Below are positions 41,028 to 55,549 of a stretch of DNA of 64,000 nucleotides, piece by piece. Both the position numbers and the translations under genes were made by a program. The notes below the pieces were generated by a model that did not search any database, was not told the origin of the DNA, and saw only the letters and a program-made list of their open reading frames with translations. Position 1 is the first letter of the stretch; each line of letters begins with the position of its first letter. The stretch is from the NCBI RefSeq assembly GCF_037042905.1, contig NC_087251.1, positions 43,402,001 through 43,466,000 of the forward strand. The letters run 5' to 3'. This DNA is from Lytechinus pictus (Eukaryota).

Positions 41028-42142
41028 CTAGACCACCCATACCATACTTCATTCACATCTTCATTAGATCTCCCGCCAAAATTATAAAACACATGTACAG
41101 TAATTCAAGTATTACACGCTATAATAAGGTAGACATAGTTTATTAACAATATCAAATAAATATTATTCCAAAAGAGTCATCAGATATTCCATCAGATTGG
41201 CCTTAAGTTTGCATTAAAAGTAGGCCTACATTATATCGACTAAACCTATGCCATGCGCTACACTGTGACTGTCCCAACTTTCAGAAAAACCTAAACCAAG
41301 AAACAAACAACCCAGTACATTAAACCATGCATTGAAGAAAAATAATAGACCTTTCAGTTTCACATTCAAAGGATGGGGAGAGAAAGCTAGTCAGAGAGAG
41401 AGAGAAGAAGAAGTAGAATAAGAAGAAGAAGAAGAAGAAGGAAAGAGAGAGAGAGGGGGGAGGGAGAAGGGGGGTCTTAAGAGCTGAAGGACCGTTGATC
41501 TAAATTCAAACGTAAGACGGGAATGAAATGAATTAAACCGCAATCCATTTGGCAAAATAACGTATATCAACGCTAAGTGCAGCCATGTAGCAGTAAGTCC
41601 AATTTGTTAAATGTATCTCGTTTCAATGAACATTAAAGCAGTAATTTATCTTGGCAAAATGTAATCTCTTCACAACCAGTAAAGCGCGATGATTTGTGAA
41701 CAATATCACGCGTAATTGTCTCCCATAAGATACACACTTAAAACAGACCGATTTCTTTAATCACGTTTATAGTTCGGTGGAAAAATTAACAAAAACCTTT
41801 AGCTCTTACACGTTACAACACGTAAACATTCCCTTGGTAATGAAAACTATCCCACTCCTCTTTCTCTTCCTCTTTCTCCCCCTTCTCTCTCTCGCTCTCT
41901 CTCTCTCCCTTTCTCACGTATCACCGGTGAAAACTCATCGTAAATTGGTCAAACGTTTACGGTGGGTTCGACAAATTCTCTAGTGAATATGGATATTTAA
42001 ACTATTAAAAATGTGAAAAAGTGATTATAAAAACAGAATCTTATCGCGGTATTTCGATGTTTTGTATTGTAATTCCAAACGTGGAACTTGAACACAATGA
42101 TATATTTATATAGATATTTTGTGACAAAATAGCAGAATTAAA

Positions 42143-42400
42143 CATCTTCTTCTTTTCTACAAGTACAGGCCACCGTCTGGCGTATTACCGTACTGTTGTG
42201 CAGGTGCAATGTCTGTACAGTGTCTCAAATGAGGGGTCTAAAATAAAATTAAGAGTGCCAGCTAAAAAGACATCCGTAGAAAATTAACGGAGCTGGATTT
42301 TCTGTACCTCCCTTTTGAAACTTGGAAGAAAGGTACATGATACGGCGACCTGTGGAAGAGCGTTCCATAGCCTGGTTGCGTCAGGAAAGTAGCTTTTTAC
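42143..42400 (-). mobile_element. 3' end of a CR1-group LINE (ORF2 C-terminus, 3' UTR, AAG tail)
   Basis: Minus strand translates KSYFPDATRLWNALPQVAVSCTFLPSFKREVQKIQLR*, matching the S(F/Y)FP....WN.LP......SL..FK motif. The element ends in AAAAGAAGAAGATG. Confidence 0.82.
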
Positions 42401-45336
42401 CTATTTTATTTCGCAGATATCTTCCTTCATTAAAAAAAATCAATAAAAGATCAGTTATCGTTTGACCCCTTTTAGGGGAGTTGGACAGTATCCTGAAGTT
42501 AAGTAAGTAAACATGTACAGCTTCGTAATACACAACTGCCATCAGACAAAGATAACTAAAATCTTGATAAAAAGCGAGTATTATTATTATTTTTTTTTTT
42601 TGGGGGGGGGGGAAGGGGCTAAGCAAATGAAGTCATTCACGCCATAATCATAATAATTTCCAACATCTTCATCACCATGGTTTTGTGGTTAAATTTGATC
42701 TCGTCTTATTTTCCAATTACTTTTTTTTATACTAGAGCTGTTCTTTTTAATTATCTCGTTTCAATGTGTTTTTAACCCTAATAATGAAAATGCATTCATC
42801 TGTCGAAAAGACGGCGGGTAGTTCGTATTTCGGGGCTACGTGTTGAGGCGCTCTCGTGATGGTGGAAAAATTCTTCCCGCCAATATGAATGTAAGTTCGT
42901 GTCGTCTGCTCCAGATACCGTCTCATTGTGTTGTGCACGAGGGAGGAAGTTGTCTTTGTCAAACATTGTACAAAGCGTACCGTGAGTTGATGCTTGTTTG
43001 ACACATCAAGTGTGATGTTTCTGTTCTACATGTTCTAATCAAGTAATTTTCGAAAAGCTTGATAGCAAACGATAACCTAGATACAGATTAGATTGATTTA
43101 AACCGATTAAAAAAAATCATGATGGACCCATAGTCAAATATGAAAACATTTTAAATGAAATATTCGTCATTCCTATGTAGCAAAGAAATTTCTACTTCTT
43201 TTTTAAACAGGCAAAATGTAAAAACAAGAAATCAAAGTGCTTCAGATTACATTCAACATTTGTTAAGATGGTAATTTTTATTCTTAATGTTAAAGAAAAA
43301 AAAAACAACATCATTTTATTGCTTATTATACTACAAGAGCAAGCTGCATCGAGTAACTGACTACAAGACATTTCTAGAATAGCTTGATATATCCACTTTT
43401 GGGTAAATAAGAATGATTTGGAGTTGCACAAGTGTTTACAAAAACAACATCTTTGACGCAACACCATACATGCATAATATCAGACGACACAGTTTCGAAG
43501 CTTTTAGCAAAAATGCGAATGGAAATGGAGAACGCCGAATTTCTCGAATGGCATACCATTGTCTCTCTGCATCCACTTCTAAAAACTCGTACATGAATCA
43601 GTCGGCTAGTAAGAAAATCACTCTAACAATATTTTTTGAACCGTTCATCAATATTTGCCCTACATCTATCGATTCATACCCCGGCTTCTTGGCTTTCGAT
43701 GTGCATGGTACGTAGGCGGATGGATATCAGGTTTTGTGATCAGTCAGAGGCGTTAAGTCACCTTGAAATGAAATGTGATATGATAACGCCAGTGACAAAA
43801 CGACGAAGCAGTCATATCAATAAAAATGGGTTGATTAACATTAAAAATATAGTCCCATGGGTGCACATTACGTACTTGGAGCTTCATGCCAGAATACAAA
43901 ACATGAGAAGAAAAAAAATTGATCTCGATTTAGTCACGTACCCATTTGTTGTTCGATATTAGTTGAAAATTGATTTAGGCGTGGAGGATTCAGAAAAATC
44001 GCATAATTTCATTCAATAAATCAATTTATTATATCCTCGAACATCATTTCCCCATTTTACAAGTTCTTTTATCACCTCTCCTACTCTATCTCTCTCTTTC
44101 CTCCCCCCCCCCTCTCTCTTCCCAACTTCTCACCTCCTCCCCCTGTCACTCCATCATTTCTCTTTATCCTTATCCCCCCTCTCTCTCATCTCTTCCCCTC
44201 TCTCCCTCCATCCCACTTCTCTCTCCCTCCGAGCAATTATCATTGCTCGTACAACAGTTTCTTTAAATACATGTCACTTCTAAGTAAAAGACACGAGCCT
44301 ACAAGAGTGATTATGTAATCACAAAGACCATACCCAAATCAGCAAAAGCTTAAGGAATACAAAATACAGATGATTTGCTCGTTTCTCTTTAACCTCAACT
44401 TATTTCGAATGATATATTACACTCGCACGTATATATACATGCGCTTATTCTGTAAGAATAGGAGTTACAGACTATAGGCCTACAGAGATTACAATAACGG
44501 CTGGGGTTTCAAGACATGGTATTTACAAAGAGGAGAGCGAAACCATGACATTTAGCACTCCGAGATGTTTTATTCATAAAAATATAATCTACACCCACCA
44601 TATTTTATAAATAAATCCGAACATAAAGCTGAAGTCGGGAGACGGTGGTGAAACAGAAATACTGTTTATGATAAAGAACGTTAATGTGGATTCTTGAGAA
44701 CTGCAGAAGTACCTCAGAAGATAATCAAACGGGTATGTAAAATCATTAGTGGGGAACGTTTTTGATGAAGACGACGATGGTGATGACGACGACGCAGGGA
44801 TCTGGCCACGGAATATTATTGTATTATTACTGGGGGTGCTGAGCATTGTCACAGTGACAAAAGATAATTATCAGGTCCAAGCGACGACGACGATGACGAC
44901 TTCCGATGATGATGATAATGATGGCAACGGTGACATAAATTATCATAATGAACCAGGGGTAACGGGAGGGCAATTTCATGAATAAAACTACATAAAATAC
45001 AACGAAATAATTATCATGATTATTACACTATCAATTAATCAATATTGAACTAATAGGAACAAGATTTTATTTATGTTCTGTCTCAGGGGAAAGGTTTGTG
45101 AGATTGTGTACTTCAAGTTCAAGAAATTAAATGGATTCATAAATAAAAAGCATTTCAAGCGAAACAAATTGAGAAAGTCTTTCAAGCAAATCGGTCGGTC
45201 AAAGGGACATCCTCTTATAAATGATACAAAGTGCTCATTAGTCGTCCAAACTAAGAATGGCCAAAGGCTTCAGTAAAATATCTTGTTATTGAAGGATTAA
45301 ACTGTCCCCTCGATTTAATATTAAATTTCGACTTAC

Positions 45337-45415
45337 CTTAAGATTCTAGACACGTGTTGAGCCCTTCAGAGAGCCATTATTCTCACTCAGATCGTGCTGC
45401 TACCACCCTCCACCC
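45337..45415 (-). other. Candidate short first exon downstream of duplicated CRE module
   Basis: Perfect donor AAG|GTAAGT at 45337; 5' boundary is a guess. Confidence 0.25.
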
Positions 45416-45429
45416 CTCTTCCTCCCCCC

Positions 45430-45745
45430 TCTCTCTCTCCCTCTCTACAACAAAGGCAGTTCATCTTCCCCTACGCGCATTGGGGATTACGATTTCTTTT
45501 CACCACGGGCTCAAAATGGATGGGCCTGTGACGTCACCGCTTAAAAAATGTTTTAATTGTTTGCATTTAGCCAGAGAATACTCTCTCTCTCTCTCTCTAT
45601 ACAACAAAGGCAGTACAACCCCCCCCCCCCCTACGCGCACCTTGGGATTTCGATTTCTTTTCACAACGGACTAAAAATAATGGATCTGTGACGTCACTGC
45701 TTGGAAAAAAAAATCTAAAAAAAATAATGTTTGTAGTTAGCCATA
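45430..45745. promoter_or_regulatory. ~155-160 bp tandem duplication, each copy carrying GTGACGTCAC (CRE) and ACAAAG
   Basis: TACAACAAAGGCAGT...CCCCTACGCGCA...GATTTCTTTTCAC...CTGTGACGTCAC repeated; TGACGTCA at 45529 and 45689. The duplication is certain; the regulatory role is inferred. Confidence 0.5.
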
Positions 45746-46750
45746 AAGATAATATTCTAATTGTATATACAATTATGGAGCTGAGACCGAGAAAGAAAAA
45801 TTTGCTTTTGCAAGGGGAAAACTTAACTTTGTTTTAGATAAATATATAGACATCCGATTTGTAAGTAAAATTATTAATATTGAATGATTCTCCTTTATGA
45901 CTGTGTAATTTACAAAGAATGTAGGCTACAAGCCTATCATGTTCAAATGAGGAAGAGCGTGGTAATAAAAGAAAATGTACAAAAAAATGCAAAGTGAAAC
46001 ACCATGCGTGCGTGCATTTCTTAAATGTGAATATAATCACACACCTCATTCGCATGTGTGACGCATACGAGGGGGATCTGCGTTTCGGATTTACACACGG
46101 TAACCTAAACCAAATATGAATTCAATATCGGGCTTTAATAAGGATACAGTATGTTGGGGGGGGAAACCTTAATGAAATAGTTGGTCACATATTGGGTTGC
46201 GGGGCAGGGGTTAAGAATGAATGGGCTTTCTCGGTCAAGGCATACACAATTTGGAGTAGGTGGGGCTCTGTGTTGTCGATAGAACGTGTCCTGGAAACGC
46301 GTTTTCACCTCGGCGTGAATATTCCAGAGATTATTATTCTTTACATTACAGCTCGCTTCATTATCGAGGGGCTTCATTCATAAATGTACTTGGCATGTGC
46401 TGGCTGATGATAACATCACCTTTTTTTTATCACGTAAAATGGGGTATGCGATTACAAAGCAAGTAGAAAGACCCCCCCCCTCACCGCACACACACACACA
46501 CACACACGCATTCTGCTGGATGTAGCTATCTACCATATTTTACATCTCTGTGGTACTTATGAAGAAGTCAAATTTACTAATTACGACTTTGTTGTTAACA
46601 GTTTATTATTCTAGCTCACTAAATACATTTACATGTTTTTTTATAGACTCTATCGAATGATAATAAAAAGTACATATAATGATTGACGCGTATCAGGGTA
46701 ATATATTAAAAACAAAATAACACCAAAACGGGCAGAAAAAGTAAACCGTA

Positions 46751-47006
46751 CACTGTAAAAAAATATTTGGTAACATTTTTACCACCACGAGGGTAATTAT
46801 GATTGTGTCCAACCTGTTTTGGGCATTTTAACCAATGCGGGAAGCATGTTGTCCAGTAAGGTCAAAAATTAAGCAGCAATTACTTTAAAATGGGCAAAAT
46901 TTTCATCACACTGGGTAAATGAAAATGCCCAAAAGAAATGCCCAACGTTGGTTGGACACATATTTATTATCCTCATGGAGCACTTTTACCCAATATTTTT
47001 AGAGTG
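46751..47006. mobile_element. MITE, TA|CACTG...GAGTG|TA
   Basis: TA flanks; arms AAAAATATTTGGTAA..TGTGTCCAACC / GGTTGGACACA..TTACCCAATATTTTT. Confidence 0.8.
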
Positions 47007-49696
47007 TACAGAGAGTTTGTAGGGTTACTTGGTACGATGCTGGAATTCCAAACTAGACTCTGTATTGTTAGGTCCTGTCTGACAGAATCTTAAAATGTCT
47101 TTTCGATGCAAAATTAATCAAACTTTAGCAAAATCAGGCCTACCACACAAGCGAAGGAATTATAATTAAACCGCCATAAGAGATAAGTGCATGGTACACT
47201 CCATGTTCAATCGAAAGCAAACACAGAAGACTTCAAGAGTAATACAATCGATTCCAAAAACAACACGATGTATCCTACTTAACCATATATCCCAAAATAA
47301 GAATTATATTTCGAATCTATTTTATTCGTAATAACATCAAGTTAAATTGAGTCGTTCGTGGTACAATGCCCATTAATTTTATAAATTATAGTAACATAGA
47401 ATTGAAACATTTATAAGTCATCATGTCCAATGTATCCCATCCAAGACCTATTGTAATTACTCTTAGATCATCGTCTTAATCATGTCTGTAATATTCTGGC
47501 GGCTAATTACTTAAATTAATTAGTGAAGCCTAAATAGCAGCACGACTCAGATGAGACACAACAGTCAATCTTGAAGAGACAGGGTTGTTGTGCGATATTG
47601 AATTCTGGGTTGTTCGGCATTTTTCAATCAATACGTTTTTGTAAGTCACAGTCAATAGGAATGACATCGACATTATTTTCCGCTGAATCGCGTCAGCAAA
47701 TTTAGAAAAAACAGATACAGTGGCTTACATCAAGCAAACATTTTGAGAAATTTACAACAAAGAATTTCATCAGGTCTTCTCGTCCCTTTGTCTGTCTGTA
47801 TGTCTGTCTTTCCCTGTCTGTGTATTTCGACTTTTCTCCATGTCTTTTTATCTATCCCTATCAATCTTTATCTCTTTCTGTCCCCTCCATCCCTTTCCCG
47901 CCCTTTATTTATCCCTCCCCTTTTCTGTCTTATTTGCTTTTAAAAAAATAATATTATCAAAATGAAATACCGCATGGATCATGATGGATATTGGCGAGGC
48001 TATTAGCAACAAACAAACGATTAGATCTCAGTTGCTGGTATCAACATATCATCTAGGATTACAAGAGATAACCAACGATAATGTTTACATGAAAACAAAT
48101 GATTAAAGGAACAGGGCAAACAAAACAAAGAGAGGTCAATTGAACACTATTTGTTAATCTATATCTCTTTCGATGACTGCAGATACCACCCTCCCCTATT
48201 CTGCCCTTTTCTTAACGCATAGACATAAATGAATTCGATATTCCTTTTTAATGATATATCCATTCGATCATAATTACCAATTTTTCAACGTGCATTGTAT
48301 TTTTTTATTTAATGAAAATCGAAAAGGTTGTTAAATCTTCTATAATGAGTGTTATTGTTATACCAATATACAGTCGATAGCTTAGATGAAAAAAAAATGT
48401 AATTGCACTGATCCTTGTAATTATAAGTTAAAAAAGGGAAGTTGTATAGAGACTTAGAATTAATCTAAAGAAATAAATCATCTAATTAAAAACCTGAAAA
48501 GTAAAGTTCCCTTATAATAATCGCTTGGATTAAGCGCTCCTTTTCATTTCAGCCATGACATTTCGACTTACAAAAAGAGTCAGATTGATGTGGGGGCGTA
48601 AGGCGGGGGGGGGGGGGTGTCACAGAGAGGGGTGGTGATGTCATGATTGTTTCTGTTATACTACTTTATATCCTAATAAGGTCGCGATTTATCGGGCAAA
48701 ACCTATATAAATGATGAGGTTGGATGCAACAGTGCAAGCGACCTTCTGGTCGATGTGAAGTTGATGTGCAGTTGATGTTGACATGAATGTAACTTATTAA
48801 CTCTGAATGTTAGGCCGGGGTAGTAATAGAGTGCAGTGAAAAAACTATGCCCTCACAATACTATATTGGAGAGATAAGGGGGCGGAGGAAGAAGGGTGAA
48901 TAAAATGGTGAGAGAGAGGGGGGGGGGATCAGTCATAAAGTCAAACAAAGAGAAACATGCCTGAGAAGAGACAACAAATGTAATTCGGCCATCTTAAGAA
49001 AACTAAAATAAAAAGACAAAATATTGCACGTATGGGACAGCGGCTGGAAAATGTGCTAAAGATGCATTTTATTCTTATATTCAGTTATTTTTACAAAATT
49101 GTCTTTTCTTTTTCACTAATGAAATTACTTTAATCGAATTTCAGTAGTCTGTGAATGAAATCCCAATGGAAAGATGCAAGATTTACCTTGAATTTAAGCG
49201 TAACATCAGTGACGTAAATGGACGTAACGCCAATTACCAACATGTCTTGGATATAATTTTTATGGCAATAAATAAGTATTATTCATAATAATATAATATA
49301 AGGAGTATCACAAGGTCCATATCCTCTTAACGTCAGCTATCGTGGATATGCCACATACCTTTGATTTTATTCTTATTCTGAATATGTTACATAAATGTAT
49401 ATTTTGGCAAAAAATATATATTTAAGATACCAATTGCATTAAACGTAAATTACGTAGCTTTATTGAAATTACATGAATTTTGTGGAAATTCTATATACGT
49501 GTAATATAGGAATATTTCCAAACAAACTTTAATATTTTTTTGTAATTCATCTGTAGTTAATACAAAAGTGAATTTGATTAGTATTTGTATATGTTTACAA
49601 GATGTGTTTGATTTGTATTTGTTTATATGATATTAATGATGGAAATGAAAATAAACCCAAACCTAAACAAAAACTGTATATGACAAATGTAACCAT

Positions 49697-49833
49697 GGGA
49701 GTGTTTCATGATGTATTTCGTCAGTGATTTTTACTAACTAATTTGCTCTTAGCCAACCAAATGCAAGGATTTTCAGTAGCTTGTAACATCTGTCGGCGAA
49801 AACCACTGACAAATATCTTGGTGAAACGCTACC
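49697..49833. mobile_element. Harbinger-like MITE (GGGAGCGTTTCAT family), degenerate
   Basis: GGGAGTGTTTCATGA...TGAAACGCTACC; interior (AGCCAA.CA.ATGCAAGGA..CAGTAGCTT.TAACAT.TGTCGG) homologous to 61371-61510. Confidence 0.7.
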
Positions 49834-50804
49834 AAAAACTCAAGTTGGGTGTCTTGAAATATTACAATTCAATGATACAGTCAATGTCATTGTTCGGGTA
49901 GTAGGGATTCCCTTCCCGCTATATAACCTTGAGTTTCAACGAGCCCGCAATAGCTCTCTCCATGCCCAGTTTCTTATCATACAAGGAATATTCAGCCAGA
50001 CCTGATAAATTGATCGGGTACCATGTTCGAGTCGACCTATCACATCGTCATGACCAAAATATGGAAATTGATATGAGTGTGTTATGATACCGCTAATTAA
50101 GGAGGACAAAGGACTGATACCGCCCGCGGCGATAGCCTGTCTGCACGATGGGTTGGTAATCTATACAATTATTGTTATTTTCCTTTTTTTTCTCTTTCGC
50201 TATTCCATCTCATCGGCCATGCAAAGCCCCCAACCCCCCCCCCCCCCTCATCCCCCTCTCTCCCCTTATGTTTTTCCTCTCGTCTACCTCTATCGATCCC
50301 TTCTACATCGTTATAATTTGTCTTCTATCACATCCTTTGCTTATCATTAAACTCTCATTTTCTTTAATTCTCTCTTAAAAAATATCGTAATCAGTCTTTA
50401 ACATACCCCTATAAGGTCATATACCGTACATGTATATATATATCGAACTATGTTCTTAATGTATTATATTCGTTTATCTCGTTACTTTGGCCTCTATTAC
50501 ATTGAATAACCACAGTATTTCTATAGGGTACAAAAGAACAAAACATATTTAGAATTCTGTCATAATTAACACATTTTGTACTTCTAATGCCTTAATCATT
50601 ATAAGCAATTTCGATTTGTATGAATTACTTAAGTAGCTTCAAATTCAAATTCAAATTCAAATTTATTTATTTCACTTCCATCAAACAAAAACAAATTGTA
50701 TACCATATATAAACAGCTTGTACATATAATATGTGTCTATTTGGTTATTGCGTAAATTATGTTGTAGGGCGCTTAATATAAACACGATCGCAGTATTAAA
50801 TTAT

Positions 50805-50866
50805 AACAATACATGAGATTTGTATAGCGCACTTTCCATCTTGATTAGATGCTCGATGCGCTTCAG
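50805..50866 (-). mobile_element. L2-type LINE/SINE 3' tail fragment
   Basis: Minus: AAGCGCATCGAGCATCTAATCAAGATGGAAAGTGCGCTATACAAAT; a similar fragment lies on + at about 58511-58555. Confidence 0.45.
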
Positions 50867-53160
50867 AGCAGAACAACAAAAACTATTTACATATATAATA
50901 CATGTCTGAACAATAAGTCAATGTCTATCAAAACACACTATTATACAGGTATTAATATGATATGTTCGCTTATTCTTATTTATCTATATTTTGACTTCTT
51001 TCGGATTTCTTGAGAGATAATTATGTTCTTATTCTTAAATCTTGAGAAGGAATATTTTTTTCTCCTGTTCTGGTGTGTCCTTCATCTTAATTCTTGACTG
51101 TGTACATGTATCTACTCGAATGAATTACGGTGGCTTTCCACCATCTCTTACAACCTGACCTGCTTCTCTCACACACTCATCCTCTCTGCACTCTCCTCTC
51201 ATCTTCCATTCACCAGCTCGAAAAGGCATTATACCCGGTACATTTGTAATAACACATATATCTTGCTGCACTTTTAACCCAATCCTCGGCGCAATTTGTT
51301 CTGATTAAATGTTTAGCAGGGAAGACAAGGGGGGCTTCACCGAAGCCTGGACGTGGATGCATCCTGCACGCGTTGGTCATCAAATTTAGGCTCTCTCCCT
51401 CTCTCTCTCACTCTCTCTCCTTCTCTCTTCCTTTTTCTATAGCATTGTGTCTCCCGGCCTGTTATCATCATGGCATTGCATTTCCACGTATTAAAAAAAA
51501 AAAGAAACACATTTCCATTTTGGTCTGATTATGGTAAGCCGGCCACGCATTTGTCTCTTTAGGAATTTGAAGACGCACAAACTCAAATCATATCTAATAC
51601 GCTTCGATGAATCATCATTTTATTAGAGCCTTTCCACAGGAAATCTGCCATATCTCTCCTAAATTTTTATTCATCAAGATGATCAAAAAAATACACGAGA
51701 ATGTTGCTATCGTCTGGTCGCATTAACTGTCGAGAGTAATAACAATCAACTTGGTCCACTTAATGCCAACGGTTTGCACACTTTATGAGTTGCTTAGTGG
51801 CTAAAAGATGATGTCACTTCTTGATGTGGACACATGTTGGCTCGCTTCTTTTCTTCCAATAACCCTTTAAACTCCCCCTTTTTCAGTGATTCACCCACCA
51901 GCTATTGGGAGGGGGGAATCACAATCACGTGACTTGAGTTCTTATTATAAATTGATTGGGGAACAAAGGAGATTTTTATGGTCGTAAATTAGAATGATCA
52001 AGTGGCACGATCACTGCATACTAAACCGAACAGTTGTTCAACAAAGAATTACATCACTGTGCAGTGTATACCTGCCCTGCACATGCCCTTATACCATTCC
52101 AATGAGGAAAGCACGCTATCAAACTTTCTTTTGAAGGGGTATGGGAAAGGTGAAATGACAATATAAGAAAGTGTGCGACAAAGACAAAAAGTGTGTGTGT
52201 GTGAGGGTGTGGGTGTGGGTGTGTGTGAGAGAGAAAGAGAGAGACAGAGTCTTCGTGTGTTCAACAAATGTTGACAAAAACGTGTGTGCGGGTGTGTGTG
52301 AGGGTGTGCGTGAGGGTGTGTGGGTGAGTGTGTGTGTGTGTGAGGAAGAGAGAGAGAGAGAGAGAATTGGAAATCCGTGTATTGGATGGGCAGGTTAGGT
52401 GAACAACAGAACTGCAACATTCTGGAGAAACAAAACAACCCACAAGAAGAATAATACCCGAGACCCGTCAGCAAGATTCCTGACGAATTGTGGGAAGGAT
52501 GACAGCCGAGTTGCAATTCCTCGATCAAAACTCTTATACTGCTATCATCTCTGATGTATCGGTGTGTTTGTTTACCTTAGTTCGACTGCTTCAGCTCCTC
52601 ACCGAGACAACATAATTCCACTATACTTGTGTCTCTCTTTAAAAATACATTTCAATCTCTGTCCCCATTGACAATTGATGCGATCTTCACCATCTCCCTA
52701 ACGTGGTGATTCTGAAGACCGAGATGGACTCTCCCATCTTTTCAGATCGGAATCAAGAGGAGGGAACGAGGAGGAGCACTTATCGGTTTAAGTTCAAACT
52801 GGAGGGGCTTGAATGTTCGGGAGCTAATCATGTTTGAACATCGATACGTCAGGCAACACACACTCACAACTATTTCGATGAACCGGTGCATGGCTGGCAG
52901 AAGACAGACAAGGATCAGTAGTCGTCCAACTTGGATGTTAAACAAAAGAGTTTTAAATCAAATCAGGCTTCAATTAATTACATGTGAACAATAGCAACCA
53001 AGAAAAAAATAAAACAACTATTTGATCATTTGACCATTTCAACAAATTTATCTTAAAAACTGTTTTTATAACTGATAAAGAGGGTATACAAAATTAAATT
53101 TATACAAATATGGGGAAAAAATACACAGCCCCTGAAGTGGCACGGCATGTAACTCTTCAG

Positions 53161-53382
53161 ACCACGTTCCCAAGACAAACCTTCTCTTTCCATCGTCTTG
53201 CTAATTACCACGACTTTGATACTTAACTCGTTTAATTGGCTTACTTACGGTGAGTTATGTAAGTCGAACGGGACGAGTTGAAGTAAAGGTAACGTGTTAG
53301 TAAGTCGTGGGAACGATTAATAGTCTTGGGCGCGAGCTATAAGTCGAGGAAACGAGCTTAAAAGTCGTCGGAACGAGTTAAC
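53161..53382. repeat. Array of ~21-bp AAGTCGTGGGAACGAGTTAA-like units with inverted copies on the left
   Basis: At least five direct units in 53260-53382; reverse-complement units (CGTTCCCAAGAC, CCACGACTT, TTAACTCGTT) at 53165-53232. Confidence 0.65.
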
Positions 53383-54368
53383 AAAATGCATGTTTTTTAA
53401 CCCAGGAGTCAGGAAATCTGCGGAGAACGACATTGAGCGGGAGAAAAAAAAACATGGTGAGAGTGAGAATATGAGGCAGAGAATAAAGGGAGGATCGGCT
53501 GATCGGCTGAAGAGTATAAGTTCGCTAATTCGTCCACCATTATCAATGAAAACAATATACAAAAAGCTTTCATAGTCTCTGTACAAACGGTTGTTGTCAA
53601 ATGTCAGAAATTGTTAAATAAATCCACAGAAAAGACTGTTATACTTCTGGAAACAACAACAAAAACAACGTCAACAACAACATTTTCGAATCAACATTCC
53701 ATCAAACTCAGCGAAATGGGATGCTGTACGTAGTCCCCGGAGTGACGATTCTATATGATTGCACACCGAACAGTGGAATTATGAACACCTCAATATTCTC
53801 TAAAGTGATACCCAATCCGCACAATTTTCACACCATTGTTCGCTTGACAGATGTTTTAACACCGAACCTTGGCACGACACAAGTGGTTAAAGACTTTAAA
53901 TAGCCCACAATAATGATTTATGCTTCGTAAACGGCAGTAACGCGTTTTGTTGGATATTATGCATTTTTGCTAGTGTTTTTTGTGTGTATAATTTGGTTTA
54001 GATTGACAATCAAGAAAGATAATGATGAATGATAGGTAATTATCATTAAAAAATATTCTTAATTACTTTATATGATACAAAATGCATAAACCGGAAGATC
54101 GATCGATTGATGCATATAGATAAACATATAGATACATAAATATAGACAGATAAATTATCGGCCTATGTATATATGCAAACAACATATTAAAGTAAGCAGA
54201 TGAGAGTAAAAGACCGTAAGAGAGAGAGAGAGAGAAAGAGAAAGAAAGAGTCATGTTGCTGGTGTCGGGTGAGAGAGGCAGAGAGGGAGAAAGAGACAGA
54301 CAGACAGAGAGGGAGAGAGAGGGGGGAGAGTTACAGGATACTTTTCATGCATAACATATGCAATTATT

Positions 54369-54470
54369 GTAGGCCGAGTGGTCTAAGGCATCTGACCAGA
54401 CAAATGAAAACCCGGGGTTCGATTCCCGGCCACGGTACCGATGCCCTTGAGCAAAGCATTCAAATTTTGC
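54369..54470 (+). mobile_element. tRNA-derived SINE head with CORE-like segment
   Basis: A box AGGCCGAGTGGTCTAAGG, B box GGTTCGATTCC, then GCCCTTGAGCAAAGCATT, resembling the CCTTGRGCAAG SINE core. Acceptor and anticodon stems are degenerate, so not a functional tRNA. Confidence 0.75.
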
Positions 54471-55549
54471 TCTTTTATTCTATTTCAAATACGTGAAAAC
54501 GTTCTTATGTGTCAGCGACAAGCAACGGTGCAAGCAATCAATTAATAATGTTGGCATTAACATAGTCTTCCTTTATTATCATAAAGGGTAACGTGCAATA
54601 ACAAGTTGAACATCAGAACTTTCAATGAATACAAGAATATTTGTCATATGAGATATGGTTAAAAATGATACTTTTGAGAAAATCTAGAAGAAAATATATT
54701 ATAACTGATTGTATCATGTACCAAGACACGATAGACAGATATAATTTGATGTTGACAAGTGAATATGATGATAATTACGTTAGGAATCATAATCAATCCA
54801 AGAAGTTGTACAAGATCATGATGGGAAATTTACGACTTTATTTCAAGTATTGTCGGGGAGAAAGCAGCCAACGAACAGAATTATGAGATATGAATTTCAA
54901 AATGAAAACTGACATTACAGATTGTACAGTAATACAGTTGTATACTCAACCGGGGGAATTTCTTTCAGTTAAACCATAGAAAATGAAGGGAAATGGAGAA
55001 AAAAGAGAAATCAGTGGCTTGCAAATCAAATTACTGTTAATATACAGGAAGACATGAAGGAAGTGGATTTGTGGTTTTACGTGAATGACATACGACAATT
55101 TTTTTTATGCGATAAATTGTCAGGTTTTTCGTTCACAGGCAAGACTGATGACGTCTCTTGATTTTACTCTCAAGATTATAGATTGCAAAGAGTTTCCTGA
55201 ATTCCTTATAGATTTTTAGAATATGCATGGGAAACAATGACAGGGGAAACAAAGAAAGGGAGAGAGAAGAAGATAATATGAGATAACTCCCCTTCCTCTT
55301 CCTCTTCCCCCTCTACCTCTTTCTCTCTCTCTCCCTCTTTATCCCTCCCCCCACACACACATCCCTAACACAAAGATTCAATTTTCACTATTCTTTTATG
55401 ATCACTAAAAAAAACTTTCTCTTTTCTTTCCCAACATTACCATTTATATTTCAAGAAAAGGAGAGAAAAATAAAATAGTGCATAAATCGTAGCATTTAGT
55501 GTGTATGGTGTATCTTCTCTAAGGAATAGATGCCAGAATATCAACTTAC

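Noticed and set aside
52499..52561. Plus-strand first coding exon MTAELQFLDQNSYTAIISDVS
   Set aside because: Weak donor (G|gtgtgt), no homology recognised, no downstream exons found.
54369..54440. tRNA gene
   Set aside because: A and B boxes are present, but the cloverleaf stems do not pair and a SINE-core-like segment follows; called a SINE.
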